The notes: generated by a model not told the origin, from the sequence alone. A stretch of 64,000 bases of DNA from Candidatus Sulfomarinibacteraceae bacterium (GCA_963796455.1 CAWCLO010000005.1:32001-96000), one strand, 5' to 3'. Shown: positions 39,570-51,803, counted from the first letter of the stretch. Numbers and translations are program-made.

Positions 39570-40594
39570 TCCTTTGTGTCCTCGGTCGAAATGGCTTCGA
39601 CCTCACGCAAATTGACCCCCAACAGGGGCAGACACAGGAGACCGATGATCGTGATGGGCACGAAGCAGATCGCGTGGTAGGCGATGGCGATACCGGTGGC
39701 CTTGTTGAGGCCGATGCCGAAGAACATCGTCATTCCGACCTGTGTGGCCTTGTGAAAGCCCCCGACGCCGCCCGGCGTCGGCACCGCGAGACCCAGGACC
39801 GCCAGCGTGACGAGGAGATAAGACGCCCGCAATGGGAGATGCACGTCAAAGGCGAGGAGGGTCATCTGCACCTGCCAGCAGATGACATACCACATGGCGA
39901 TGGAGGCTATTGTCGTGATCAAGAGGTCCCGGGGCCGCTGCAGTACCCGAAGCCCATCGAGAAAATGGACGAAGAAGTTTTCGGCCGGTTGCTGCCAGTC
40001 CTTTTTGATCCAGGCGATGGGTCGGGTGATCACGCTGATAAAGCGCTCCTGGTATTTGAAAAGACCGAGCAGAATGAGCGTGCCGATGACCAGGCCCACA
40101 CCAACCACGTAACCGCTGATCGAGAGCACCTCGAGGCTGCGTTTTGCCTGGTCGTCGAGGTTTGGCATTGCGGGCGGCCAGACGATAAAGACCAGAAAGA
40201 AAAAAACCACCGTCCACATGTCGAAGACCCGTTCGGTGAGAATCGAGGCCAGACTGGCGGAAGTCGGTATCTTTTCTCGCCGTGCCAACAGGATCGGACG
40301 AATGAGGTCGCCCATTCGCGCCGGCAGCAAAGAGAGGGCGGCGTAGCCGACGGCGGTCGTCAATAGGACGCTCGTGTGCCGGACCTTGGCCACCGGAAGG
40401 AGGATGAACTGCCAGCGGAGAGCCCGCAGCCAATAGGCGATGAGGGCGATCACGGCCGCGGCTGCGAGGCGGGCCGGGTCGGCGTTGGCCATCGCACGAC
40501 CTACCTCCGCAAAATCGACGTTCCATAGAAAGATCGCCAGGAGGGCGATCATCAATACCAGGGACACGGTCACTCGAACAGCCTTATTTGCCAT
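39566..40594 (-). CDS. Lysylphosphatidylglycerol-synthase TM / flippase-like (UPF0104) protein
   Basis: LRALRW, LPARMGD..R, ERVFD and PTPGGVG motifs. Confidence 0.85.
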   Translation of the reverse strand: MANKAVRVTVSLVLMIALLAIFLWNVDFAEVGRAMANADPARLAAAAVIALIAYWLRALRWQFILLPVAKVRHTSVLLTTAVGYAALSLLPARMGDLIRPILLARREKIPTSASLASILTERVFDMWTVVFFFLVFIVWPPAMPNLDDQAKRSLEVLSISGYVVGVGLVIGTLILLGLFKYQERFISVITRPIAWIKKDWQQPAENFFVHFLDGLRVLQRPRDLLITTIASIAMWYVICWQVQMTLLAFDVHLPLRASYLLVTLAVLGLAVPTPGGVGGFHKATQVGMTMFFGIGLNKATGIAIAYHAICFVPITIIGLLCLPLLGVNLREVEAISTEDTKE

Positions 40595-40651
40595 GCGACA
40601 TAGGGTAGCCGCTTGGCTCATGATGCACAACACGCACCTGGCGGCTCGCGA

Positions 40652-41082
40652 ATCACTCTTCTCCAAGACAGAATCTCGGACGGCGTTCAGGGACAGCGCC
40701 AGCGACAAGGAACAGCAGACAGCGTTGGCGAACGGTAGTCAGCGGCAGCGGCAGTGTCCAGGACAGCGGCAGGTAGCAGGGACGGCGAACAGCGATCAGT
40801 GTTCAGCGGCAGCGGTCAGGATTTCAGACGGCGACGTGGCCACCTCCGGGTCGTTCAACGGAAGGGGTAGCCGGTAGGCGGCCGCCCGTGACGCGATGAA
40901 CACCTTCGATCAAGTCGGTGCCATGACCCGGCGGCTGTTGAATCCAATGAAGTGAGTGTTATTCGCGGTGCGCTGGCGCTGATCACTGCCGCTGCCGCTG
41001 ATTCCTGTTCCCTGACGCTGTCTACCGTTCTCTGTCCCTGTCCCTGCACGCTTTCCGAGATTCTGTTTTGGACAAGGGTGAT
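40652..41082 (+). mobile_element. Family F element copy D (internal deletion; retains the 3' end of the four-helix-bundle gene)
   Basis: ~45-bp terminal inverted repeat; CACCTCCGGGTCGTTCAACGGAAGGGGTAGCCGGT followed by a remnant encoding AMNTFDQVGAMTRRLLNPMK*. Confidence 0.85.
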
Positions 41083-41164
41083 CCGATTGGGACGATTCGA
41101 TGATTATCCCAGTTCCTCGTTCCATATTCCTGATTCAAATCAGGTATTCGCTATCATCGAGGAT

Positions 41165-42160
41165 GTGAATGCACAAATCCTCGAGCCGCTATTGAGTGTC
41201 CGTTCCCATCCCTGGTGTCTCGAACACCAACCGGGCCTCGGCCATCCGGAAGCGCCGGATCGGATCCAGGTGATCCTGGATGCCGTCAGTGCCAGGGTCG
41301 ACGGCCGTTGGGTTGTCGATCGCGAAAGTCCCCTGCCCAGGGAAGAAGACATTGTCGGCGTTCTCAAGTGGATTCACGATGAGGACTATATCGACCGGGT
41401 GCGCGAGGCGGCGGAGAAAGGGTCAGGTTGGCTCGATTCGGAAGACTGCCGCGTCTCAGCCGGAACCTTTCGCTCGGCACTCGCGGCGGCGGGTCTGGCC
41501 CTGCAGGCGGCGATCGATCTACTCAACGAACGCATTGTCCGTTCCTTTGTCGTTGCGCGGCCGCCCTCTCACCACGCGCAACACGACCGTGCGTCCGGTT
41601 ATTGTTTCTTCAATACGGCCGCCATCGCCGCTGAGGTCGTGGCCCGGGGTTGGGGCCAGGGGGTCGTGGTTGCCGATCTCGGCGCCCTCCACGGTGACGG
41701 GTTGCAGCAACATTTCTACGATCGGGAGGATGTGGGGTTTGTCTCGGTCCATCGTTATCCGGCCTTTCCGGGATCCGGTGGGGCTGACGAGACCGGCGAC
41801 GGTCCCGGTGTCGGTTTGACCCGCAACGTGCCTCTCGCAGCCGGTTCGGATGACGAGATCGTGTGCGGCGCCTTTGAACATGCATTGTTTGACATTTGCG
41901 GTGCGATCAAGCCCGCGGCGATCATTCTGGCTACCGGTTTAGACGCCCATCGAGACGACCCTCTTGGCGGTATGCAAATGACTGAAATGGGACTTGGAAG
42001 ACTCACAACAATTGCAGTTCGAGCGGCAGAATACTGGACTGGCGGGAGATTGTTGTCCATTCTCGAAGGCGGTTTCGAACTCGAAGCGTTGGCAAAATCC
42101 GCGCGCATTCACGTTGAGGAATTGGCGAAAACAGAAAGCGAAATTCCGGAACAGGAATAG
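41165..42160 (+). CDS. Histone-deacetylase family protein with degenerate active site
   Basis: GHPE.P.R, RPPSHHA, GYCFFN, DAHRDDPLG and LEGGF motifs; start codon uncertain. Confidence 0.85.
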   Translation: MNAQILEPLLSVRSHPWCLEHQPGLGHPEAPDRIQVILDAVSARVDGRWVVDRESPLPREEDIVGVLKWIHDEDYIDRVREAAEKGSGWLDSEDCRVSAGTFRSALAAAGLALQAAIDLLNERIVRSFVVARPPSHHAQHDRASGYCFFNTAAIAAEVVARGWGQGVVVADLGALHGDGLQQHFYDREDVGFVSVHRYPAFPGSGGADETGDGPGVGLTRNVPLAAGSDDEIVCGAFEHALFDICGAIKPAAIILATGLDAHRDDPLGGMQMTEMGLGRLTTIAVRAAEYWTGGRLLSILEGGFELEALAKSARIHVEELAKTESEIPEQE

Positions 42161-42257
42161 CGCGTGGAAACGTGATCTGCGTCACGTGGAAGTCATTGTA
42201 GGTTCAAGAACCTACCGAGTTTCTTTTCAAAAAACGTGTCGTTTTTTATGTCTTTTC

Positions 42258-42286
42258 TTGACCCCTGAATGGCCCTGGTATATCAT
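42258..42286 (+). promoter_or_regulatory. Sigma70-like promoter
   Basis: TTGACC-17 bp-TATCAT in an AT-rich stretch upstream of 42338. Confidence 0.6.
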
Positions 42287-42337
42287 AATTACGTTCGTAA
42301 ATTGTTCGTTGGACTTCGGTTCAGAGGAGGAAACGCA

Positions 42338-43996
42338 ATGCGTTACAAGGGATTCGCTGCTGCGCTGATTCTGCTGTCTCTCCTGCTGCCGACCAGCGCC
42401 TATGCGGACACCATTTTCTGGCTTGATACGCCGGCTGATGGTGCCACGGTATTTGGCCTCGTCGAAGTCAACGGTTTTGTCGTTGATGACGGCCAGCAGT
42501 GCGGTCCGCAGTGGACATGGTTCTCATGTGAATGGGACTCCGCATTGGTGAGCGAGATCGACCTCTATGTCGACGACGTCTATGTTGCGTCGGCAGATCT
42601 CAACCAACCGCGCTATGACATTCTTCAGGCCTATCCGTGGTATGCGGGCACACCGTATTCCCGGCCGGGGTTTGTGACCTCCTTTGACTCGGAAGACTAC
42701 ACGGATGGTTGGCACACTGTCTTCCTCCGGGTGACATTCAGTGATGCAAGCATCGAAGACTTCGGTATTCGGTCGGTGTTCGTGAACAATGATCTCAATC
42801 AAGCGCCGATCGGCGAACTCGAGCTTCCTGGATTCAACCAACCGATGAACGGCGTTTTCCCGGTCACCGGGTGGGCGCTCGACGATGGCTCGATCGCCTA
42901 TGTGGAAGTGATGGTTGACGGCCTGGCCATGGGCAATGCCGTGACCGGCGTCCGCCGTCCAGACATCGCGAATCGTTTTCCCGGGAATCCGGATGCTGAA
43001 TTCGCGGGCTTTACCAGGATGTTGAACACCACGGTGCTCAACAACGGTATCCACGTGCTCGCCGTGCGGGTGGTTGACAACGAAGGCGCCTCGCGGGTGG
43101 TCGGCCGGCGATTCGTCCAGGTCTTCAATACCGGTGGTAATCTGCCGCCCTTTGGCAAAATCGATTGGCCGATTGCGGATCATGTGATGTTTGCCGACGG
43201 CTGTCAGGATGTCGGCGGCGTTATTCCGCCGTGGTCGGGTGACATTTTCGGCGATCCGAGCAATGTCGAGATGGTGATCGGTTGGGCCCTTGACGTGGGT
43301 TCGCGCACGGATTTCGGTGGTGTTTCATACGTTCAGCTGCTGATCGATGGCAATATCCTGGCCGACACCAACCAGGGCAGTTTCTACTACGATCCCGCCG
43401 AAATGGACTTCAACTATTACGGTCATGAGCGACTCGATGTGCACGAGCTCTATGCGGACGTACCGAACTCGAAACACTCCGGCTTCGCCTTCCTGTTGGA
43501 TATCTCATGGCTGATTCAGGGTCGCGGCTATAGCGAAGGCCTGCACTATCTCAAGATTCGTGCCGGTGACATCGAGAACAATGTGATCGATATCGCCCAG
43601 TTGCCCGTCATCTTTGATTGCAACGACGATGCGGATGATCCGGCGATCGGCGACATTCTGTCTCCGAAGCATATGGAGAGAATCGCCGGGACCTTCGAGG
43701 TCACCGGATTCGCCTACGATCGCAACAGGGTCGATTTTGTCGAGATCTGGGTCGATGGCGTCTTCATCGGCTATGCCGAATACGGTCTCGATTCAACCGA
43801 TATCGATTTCGAGGAACGTTATCCCTGGCTGCCGTCCACCGTGACTCGCAACAGGGGATACAGCTACGACCTCGATACCGTCGCCGCCAACCTGGCTGAC
43901 GGCCAACACGTCCTGGTGGTGCGAACCCAGGATCGTTTCGACAACTTCAGCATCATCGGCGAACGGACCTTCGTGACCGACAATCAAAGCCGATAG
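42338..43996 (+). CDS. Secreted protein with four Ig-like repeats
   Basis: Signal peptide ending AYA; four units of P....G...V.G(W/F)A.D....V...(V/I)DG...R.D...GF...D....G.H...R; SD AGGAGG. Confidence 0.8.
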   Translation: MRYKGFAAALILLSLLLPTSAYADTIFWLDTPADGATVFGLVEVNGFVVDDGQQCGPQWTWFSCEWDSALVSEIDLYVDDVYVASADLNQPRYDILQAYPWYAGTPYSRPGFVTSFDSEDYTDGWHTVFLRVTFSDASIEDFGIRSVFVNNDLNQAPIGELELPGFNQPMNGVFPVTGWALDDGSIAYVEVMVDGLAMGNAVTGVRRPDIANRFPGNPDAEFAGFTRMLNTTVLNNGIHVLAVRVVDNEGASRVVGRRFVQVFNTGGNLPPFGKIDWPIADHVMFADGCQDVGGVIPPWSGDIFGDPSNVEMVIGWALDVGSRTDFGGVSYVQLLIDGNILADTNQGSFYYDPAEMDFNYYGHERLDVHELYADVPNSKHSGFAFLLDISWLIQGRGYSEGLHYLKIRAGDIENNVIDIAQLPVIFDCNDDADDPAIGDILSPKHMERIAGTFEVTGFAYDRNRVDFVEIWVDGVFIGYAEYGLDSTDIDFEERYPWLPSTVTRNRGYSYDLDTVAANLADGQHVLVVRTQDRFDNFSIIGERTFVTDNQSR

Positions 43997-44027
43997 TTCC
44001 CTTCGAGGGATCGATCACCCGTGGAAC

Positions 44028-44062
44028 CGCGATTCCCCGCTTCGGCGGGGTTTCGCGTTTTT
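44028..44062 (+). terminator. Rho-independent terminator
   Basis: CGCGA..CCCCGC-TTCG-GCGGGG..TCGCG followed by TTTTT. Confidence 0.85.
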
Positions 44063-44133
44063 GCAGTTCACCACGTTCGTCGACGGGCGATCGTCGTGCT
44101 TTGCAGCGTTACAATGTTCTTCGCGGAGGACAG

Positions 44134-45165
44134 ATGAAGGCCCTATTTTTTGCAGAGCACGGCGGGATTGACAAGATTCAATTCGGCGAACAACCGGTTC
44201 CCGAGCCCGGACCGGGAGAGGTGAGGGTCAAGCTCGCAACCGCGGCTCTCAATCATCTCGATCTCTTTGTTCTCGAAGGGATGCCCGGGATCCCCATCGG
44301 TCTGCCTCACATCGGTGGTGCGGATGGTGCGGGTCGGGTCGATGCGGTCGGACCCGGTGTTGCAGGAGTTGAAATCGGTTCCGAGGTCGTCTTTGATCCC
44401 GGGCTCTCGTGTGGAACCTGTGGTTATTGCCTCGCCGGCGAGCAGAGCCTGTGTGTTCGTTTTGGTGTTCTCGGAGAGCACAACAACGGGACCTTTGCCG
44501 AGTGCGTGGTGGTTGCAGCGGCCTCGTTGGCCCCGAGGCCGCCCCATCTGTCGTGGGAGGAATCGGCAGCCTTTGGCCTGACCTATTTGACCGCGTGGCG
44601 AATGCTGATCAACCGTGGACGATTGCAGGCGGGAGAAACCGTGCTCATCCACGGGATTGGCGGAGGAGTCTCTCTTGCCTGCCTGCAGTTGGCGAAGGTG
44701 GTTGGTGCGAGAGTCATTGCCACCTCGCGCGATCAGATAAAACTCGACCGGGCGACCGAGATGGGGGCGGATCACGTCCTCCAGTCTGATTCAACGGTGG
44801 CCAAGAGTGTTCGGGGTCTGACCGAAAAGCGTGGCGCCGATGTGGTCGTGGACTCGGTTGGTGAAGCGACGTGGATGCAGAGCCTCAAAGCTGCTGCCAA
44901 GGGCGGGCGCATCGTGACCTGTGGTGCCACATCCGGCCCCAATCCGGCCGAAGAGATTCGAATAATTTTCTGGAATCAACTGAGCATCATTGGATCCACC
45001 ATGGGCTCCCGTGAGGATTGGCGACAATTGCTTGCCGCGGTCAACGCCCATCAGTTGCGGCCGGTGGTGGATCGGGTATTTGATCTCGAACAGGGGCGGG
45101 AGGCGTTCCAACGACTGGACCGGGCCGAGCAATTTGGTAAGATCGTGCTGTCCATGAATGGCTGA
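44134..45165 (+). CDS. Zinc-binding alcohol dehydrogenase / MDR family
   Basis: CGTCGYC...C structural Zn site; GIGGGVS; GKIVL. Confidence 0.92.
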   Translation: MKALFFAEHGGIDKIQFGEQPVPEPGPGEVRVKLATAALNHLDLFVLEGMPGIPIGLPHIGGADGAGRVDAVGPGVAGVEIGSEVVFDPGLSCGTCGYCLAGEQSLCVRFGVLGEHNNGTFAECVVVAAASLAPRPPHLSWEESAAFGLTYLTAWRMLINRGRLQAGETVLIHGIGGGVSLACLQLAKVVGARVIATSRDQIKLDRATEMGADHVLQSDSTVAKSVRGLTEKRGADVVVDSVGEATWMQSLKAAAKGGRIVTCGATSGPNPAEEIRIIFWNQLSIIGSTMGSREDWRQLLAAVNAHQLRPVVDRVFDLEQGREAFQRLDRAEQFGKIVLSMNG

Positions 45166-45247
45166 GTCTGCTCCGTGCGCCCGGTTCGCTTCGGCTGCGG
45201 GCCGGCCTGCTCGGCGAGCGGCCAATCTCTGACCAAATCGGAAATTG

Positions 45248-46636
45248 ATGGACAGTGAGAAATCAACGCAGTTCAATTTGTTTTTGAAAGGTATCAACGA
45301 CGCCATGGGTTTGCCGGCGGAAGACAGCTTGGGGCCCCGAGTCCTGACGCGGCCCGATCACCGTGTATCGCGACAGGATCTTTCGGCAGAGGCGCTCAAG
45401 GTCCTCTACCGCCTGCATCGCTCGGGATACTCGGCCTATCTGGTCGGTGGCAGCGTTCGCGATCTGCTCCTGGGAGGACGTCCCAAGGACTTTGATGTGG
45501 CCACCAACGCCAGACCGCAGGAAATCCGGCGCCTCTTCAAAAACTCACGCATCATCGGCCGGAGATTTCGATTGGTCCACGTGTTTTTTCGCGCCGGCAC
45601 GATCGAAGTCGCCACCTTCCGGGCCAGCCCGGAGCCGCCGGAAAGCCCCGAAGACTGGGCTGAAGCCGAGGTCGAGGCCACCGAAGAGGAAACCAGCACC
45701 GATCGCTCCCTTCCCCAATCCGATGACCATATCTATGGAACGCCCGCAGAGGATGCGTGGCGCCGCGACTTTACGGTCAACGCACTGTTCTACAACATCG
45801 CCGATTATTCGGTGGTCGATCATGTGGGTGGGATTGAGGATCTCGAAAAGGGCCTGATCCGCACCATCGGCGATCCGGTGGCGCGTTTCGAGGAGGATCC
45901 GGTGCGCATGATGCGGGCTCTGGAGTATTCGGAGCGCCTCGGTTTCACCATCGATCCACGAACCGTGGAGGCCATCGACCGGCAGCAGGGGTTGATCTCG
46001 GGGGCCTCTTCCCCTCGGCTCACCTACGAACTGCTGGAGTGTATGCGTTCGGGCAAGGCAGCGGGCATCCATGCCGCCTGGCGCAGGGCGGGCGTATTCA
46101 CCCGCGCATACCCGGATCTTCCGATCGACACCGACGAGACCGTTCGGGTGCTCGAGATGTTGGATGCGCATATCAACAACGGCAAGGAATACCCCGACTC
46201 GAGCCTCTTTGGTTCGCTCTTTCTTCCCCGCTTCCTGGCGATCGCGGAAGAAGAGACCGATGCCAAGAACCGGGTCGACAATGCCCAGGTGCTGGGCCGT
46301 TTGCGGGAGGTCCTGGATCCCGCGGCGGCGAGCATGCATCTGTCCAATCTGAATATCCACAAAGTGCACCAGGGATTGTTCGTATTGACCAAAATGCGGA
46401 AACCCCCGGAGCGAGGCCGACAGGTCCTCAAACTGGCCCGGCAGGACTATTTCAAGGTGGCTTGGGATCTTTACGAATTTGCCAATGCCCTGGGCTACAT
46501 CACGCCGGAGGCATATCAGGGTTGGACGCGAGCGCTGCGGCGGGTGGGCAAGAAAGACAGTCCCGAGCAGATCCTCGAGCATCCGAGGCGGTCGCGGCGA
46601 CCACGGCGCCGCAGACCCCGTAATCGACCGCGGTGA
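45248..46636 (+). CDS. pcnB: Poly(A) polymerase I
   Basis: VGGSVRD, DFDVAT, PAP-specific IIGRRFRLVHV, RRDFTVNAL, EDPVRMMRA; Arg-rich tail. Confidence 0.9.
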   Translation: MDSEKSTQFNLFLKGINDAMGLPAEDSLGPRVLTRPDHRVSRQDLSAEALKVLYRLHRSGYSAYLVGGSVRDLLLGGRPKDFDVATNARPQEIRRLFKNSRIIGRRFRLVHVFFRAGTIEVATFRASPEPPESPEDWAEAEVEATEEETSTDRSLPQSDDHIYGTPAEDAWRRDFTVNALFYNIADYSVVDHVGGIEDLEKGLIRTIGDPVARFEEDPVRMMRALEYSERLGFTIDPRTVEAIDRQQGLISGASSPRLTYELLECMRSGKAAGIHAAWRRAGVFTRAYPDLPIDTDETVRVLEMLDAHINNGKEYPDSSLFGSLFLPRFLAIAEEETDAKNRVDNAQVLGRLREVLDPAAASMHLSNLNIHKVHQGLFVLTKMRKPPERGRQVLKLARQDYFKVAWDLYEFANALGYITPEAYQGWTRALRRVGKKDSPEQILEHPRRSRRPRRRRPRNRPR

Positions 46637-46644
46637 AGTGGTGA

Positions 46645-48657
<2,013 letters not shown>

Positions 48658-48715
48658 ACCGGTTTTTTACGGAACAAAAAGACTCCCGGCGACGATACCG
48701 GGCGAGGAGTTGGAA

Positions 48716-50098
48716 ATGTCGGCGGTCATATTTCTGGTGGACGATGACGACGGGTCGCGGGACGCCATGAAGCGCACCCTCGAAAGGGTTGGCTACACCC
48801 TGAGGGCCTTTCCATCTGCGGAGGAAGCGTTGGAACAGCTTGCGGCCGGTGCTCCAGTCGACGCAATCGTTTCGGATGTCAGAATGCCTGAAATGGACGG
48901 CTACGAATTCTTGCGAGCGGTGCGGGTCGAGCACCCGAATCTCCCGTTTCTTCTGGTGACCGCCTACGCGGAAGTCGAAGATGCGGTGGCCGCTCTTCAG
49001 GAAGGGGCCGACGACTATCTGACCAAACCGGTCAAGATGCAGGAACTCCGTCAACGGGTACAGCTTCAGCTCGAACGCCGAGTGCTTTCAGAAGAGAACC
49101 GGAGGCTGCACCAGCGGCTCGAGAAGACCTTTGGCTTCGAAGGCATCGTTGGACACTCGCCGGCAATGGAACAGTTGCTCGAGAGGCTCCGGGTCGCGGC
49201 GCCGACCCGGTCCACCGTGCTGATCGTCGGTGAATCCGGTACCGGCAAGGAGTTGGTCGCCAACGCGCTCCACCAGAATTCTCCACGATCCAAAGGCCCC
49301 TTTGTCGCCATCAACTGCGGCGCCATACCTGGTGAGATCCTCGAGTCCGAGCTCTTTGGTCACGAAAAAGGGGCCTTTACAGGCGCCCACCAAAAACGCA
49401 TCGGGCTCATCGAGCGAGCTTCTGGGGGCACCCTCTTCCTCGACGAGATCTCCGAACTGTCACCGGATCTCCAGGTGAAACTGTTGCGGGTTCTGGAAGA
49501 GCGCCACATCATGAGGGTTGGTGGTGCGGTCCAGATTCCGGTGGATTTCCGTCTTGTCGCTGCGACCAATCGCGACCTCGCAAAGTGGGTGGATACGGGC
49601 CGTTTTCGCCAGGACCTCTTTTATCGCCTGAAGGTCGTGACCCTGGCGATCCCTCCACTGCGCGAGCGCAGGGAGGACATTGCGCTCTTTGTGCAGCACT
49701 TTCTCGAGTACTTCAATACCGAATTGGATCGGAGTGTCCACGGTGTCCACCCGGCGGTTTTATCGGCGCTCAAACGGCAACAGTGGCCCGGTAATGTCCG
49801 AGAGCTTCGGAATCTGATCGAGTCGATGGTGCTTTTCGCTGGCAGTGACGAAATCTCTATCGAAGACCTCCCGGCCGACTATCGGATGGCATCCGAAACG
49901 GGCCCGCAGATCGAAACGATTCAGTGGAGCCCACGGCCGATGGCCGAAATTGAACGGGAGGCAATCCTGAAGGCCATCGATTACACCGATGGACACCGGG
50001 CGCGAGCCGCCGATCTGCTCGAGATAGGTCTACGGACCCTGCAACGGAAGCTCAAGGAATACGGGGAGATCTCTCCGAAGGGGGATGGTGGAGAGTAG
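48716..50098 (+). CDS. Sigma-54-dependent response regulator (NtrC family)
   Basis: REC domain, GESGTGKE, GAFTGA, LFLDEI, WPGNVREL, Fis-type HTH. Confidence 0.95.
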   Translation: MSAVIFLVDDDDGSRDAMKRTLERVGYTLRAFPSAEEALEQLAAGAPVDAIVSDVRMPEMDGYEFLRAVRVEHPNLPFLLVTAYAEVEDAVAALQEGADDYLTKPVKMQELRQRVQLQLERRVLSEENRRLHQRLEKTFGFEGIVGHSPAMEQLLERLRVAAPTRSTVLIVGESGTGKELVANALHQNSPRSKGPFVAINCGAIPGEILESELFGHEKGAFTGAHQKRIGLIERASGGTLFLDEISELSPDLQVKLLRVLEERHIMRVGGAVQIPVDFRLVAATNRDLAKWVDTGRFRQDLFYRLKVVTLAIPPLRERREDIALFVQHFLEYFNTELDRSVHGVHPAVLSALKRQQWPGNVRELRNLIESMVLFAGSDEISIEDLPADYRMASETGPQIETIQWSPRPMAEIEREAILKAIDYTDGHRARAADLLEIGLRTLQRKLKEYGEISPKGDGGE

Positions 50099-50102
50099 AT
50101 TC

Positions 50103-50158
50103 GAGTTCGGAGTTCGGAGTTCGGAGTTCGGAGTTCGGAATTCGGAGTTCGGATTTCG
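50103..50158. repeat. Heptamer tandem repeat (GAGTTCG-type) x8
   Basis: Read directly; immediately after a stop codon, as at 22438. Confidence 0.95.
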
Positions 50159-50231
50159 GAATGAGGTTCGTTGTCCCCAAGCCCTCGATTCCCGCCGGTG
50201 ATACCATAAATAGACGGGAAAGGAGCCCCCT

Positions 50232-50447
50232 ATGGAAATCCCCGGTAAGGTCTCAATTTACTGTCCTCTGATCGACGCCAAGGGAACCGCCGCGACTCTG
50301 GTCTCCATTTCCCCTCAGGGTTATTATCACGTCGAGGTGCCCATCAAGGGCAGGACCCATGTGATGCTTCTCCCAGTGGCTCACACCGCCGTGTATTTCG
50401 CGGAGCCCGAACCGGAAGCGGAAGAAGGATTCGTGGTCGAGCGCTGA
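50232..50447 (+). CDS. Small hypothetical protein (71 aa)
   Basis: SD AAGGAG; protein-like beta-rich composition. Confidence 0.7.
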   Translation: MEIPGKVSIYCPLIDAKGTAATLVSISPQGYYHVEVPIKGRTHVMLLPVAHTAVYFAEPEPEAEEGFVVER

Positions 50448-50542
50448 GTCCTCCGACAATCTGAGCCGAGGGCGGCGCCGGAAAATTTCTGAAATACACC
50501 AAAAACGCGAATAAAACCGGTTCACCCGACTGTTAGAAAGGT

Positions 50543-51661
50543 GTGGTAAGACATTCGCGAGAACCTCTGGACGGGTCGTGGAACGAAGTTCTCGACCAGC
50601 TTGGCGAGGCCGTCATTGTCCTGGACCATCAGCGCGTCCTTCAGCATGTCAATGACGCCGCGCGGCGTCTGCTCGGATATGAGAAGGGCCAGGCGATTGG
50701 CGGGCGGTGTCGGCTCACAACCCGTGGTGTCGATTGTGAGAATGCGTGCCCCCTGACCTTTGCTCTCGATTCCGGGCTCGACCGGGTCGAGGATTTCGCG
50801 ACGGTCTACAAGACCCGGGACGGCAGGTCGATTCGTCTCCGAATCACCGTCATTCCGTTTACCGATGACGAGGGCTCTTTTCAAGGTGCGGTGGAGATCC
50901 TGAGACCCTCCGACCCTGAACCGGGGTTTTTTATGGCTGGCTGTTCCGAAGCGGCGGAAGCCATGAGAAATCGAGCATTCGAGTTGGCTCGCAGTCGTGC
51001 TCACGTGCTTGTGGTGGGAGAGATGCCGGCGTGCCGAGACGTTGCCCACACCCTTCATCGTTTTTCCGGTGCCCCTCCAGAGCTCTTTCAAAACTGGTCG
51101 GGATCCTGGGATGCGGTCCAGGTGTGGCCGCCGGGGACCGTTTACGCGGATGGTGATGATGCGCGGTCTCTCCTCGATTCTGACCTGCCTGAGGATTGGC
51201 GGGTCATCGTCGGTGCGCAGAGCCCGGAATTCAGCGGCAACGGCTTCGAGGTCTTCGAGTTGAGTTCGTTGTCCGATCTCGGTCCGGATCTCGGGCGGAT
51301 GATCAGATCGTGGGCCGAGGAATTGGCGCCATCCACCCGTCTGACCGGGGAGGCCCTGGAACAACTGACTCGCCTGGCCTGCGATCGTGGCCTGGAAGAG
51401 GTCGAACAGGTCATCCGGGAGGCGGCGCGTACGGCGGGTGACTGTATCGATCGTGCCGATCTGCCGCTCGATGGGTATCAAACGGCGTTTATCGACGAGC
51501 TCCTCCAAACTGCGAATCCGCTGGCGGCCCTGGAGGAGCTTCTATTGCGCGAAGTCCTCGACCGCTGCGGTTGGCGGATGCAGGAGGCTGCTGAACGGGT
51601 CGGCGTCTCGCGTGTCACCCTGTGGCGCAAAATGAAGGATCTCGGCATCGAACGCCCCTGA
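50543..51661 (+). CDS. PAS + degenerate AAA-like + Fis-HTH regulator
   Basis: N-terminal PAS (VIVLD...VN.AA..LLGY); C-terminal AAERVGVSRVTLWRKMK; no Walker A or GAFTGA. Confidence 0.75.
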   Translation: MVRHSREPLDGSWNEVLDQLGEAVIVLDHQRVLQHVNDAARRLLGYEKGQAIGGRCRLTTRGVDCENACPLTFALDSGLDRVEDFATVYKTRDGRSIRLRITVIPFTDDEGSFQGAVEILRPSDPEPGFFMAGCSEAAEAMRNRAFELARSRAHVLVVGEMPACRDVAHTLHRFSGAPPELFQNWSGSWDAVQVWPPGTVYADGDDARSLLDSDLPEDWRVIVGAQSPEFSGNGFEVFELSSLSDLGPDLGRMIRSWAEELAPSTRLTGEALEQLTRLACDRGLEEVEQVIREAARTAGDCIDRADLPLDGYQTAFIDELLQTANPLAALEELLLREVLDRCGWRMQEAAERVGVSRVTLWRKMKDLGIERP

Positions 51662-51803
51662 GGCGAGCGAGGAGCTCGCCTCGGGTGCTTTGGATGCTGG
51701 ACGCTGGATCCGTCCACTCCGCGATCCGCTCCCGCACCCTTTTCGAAAGGGAGAAAGGGAGAAAGGGAGAAAGGGGAGAAGGGAGACCGCTCAGTCGCTC
51801 GAC

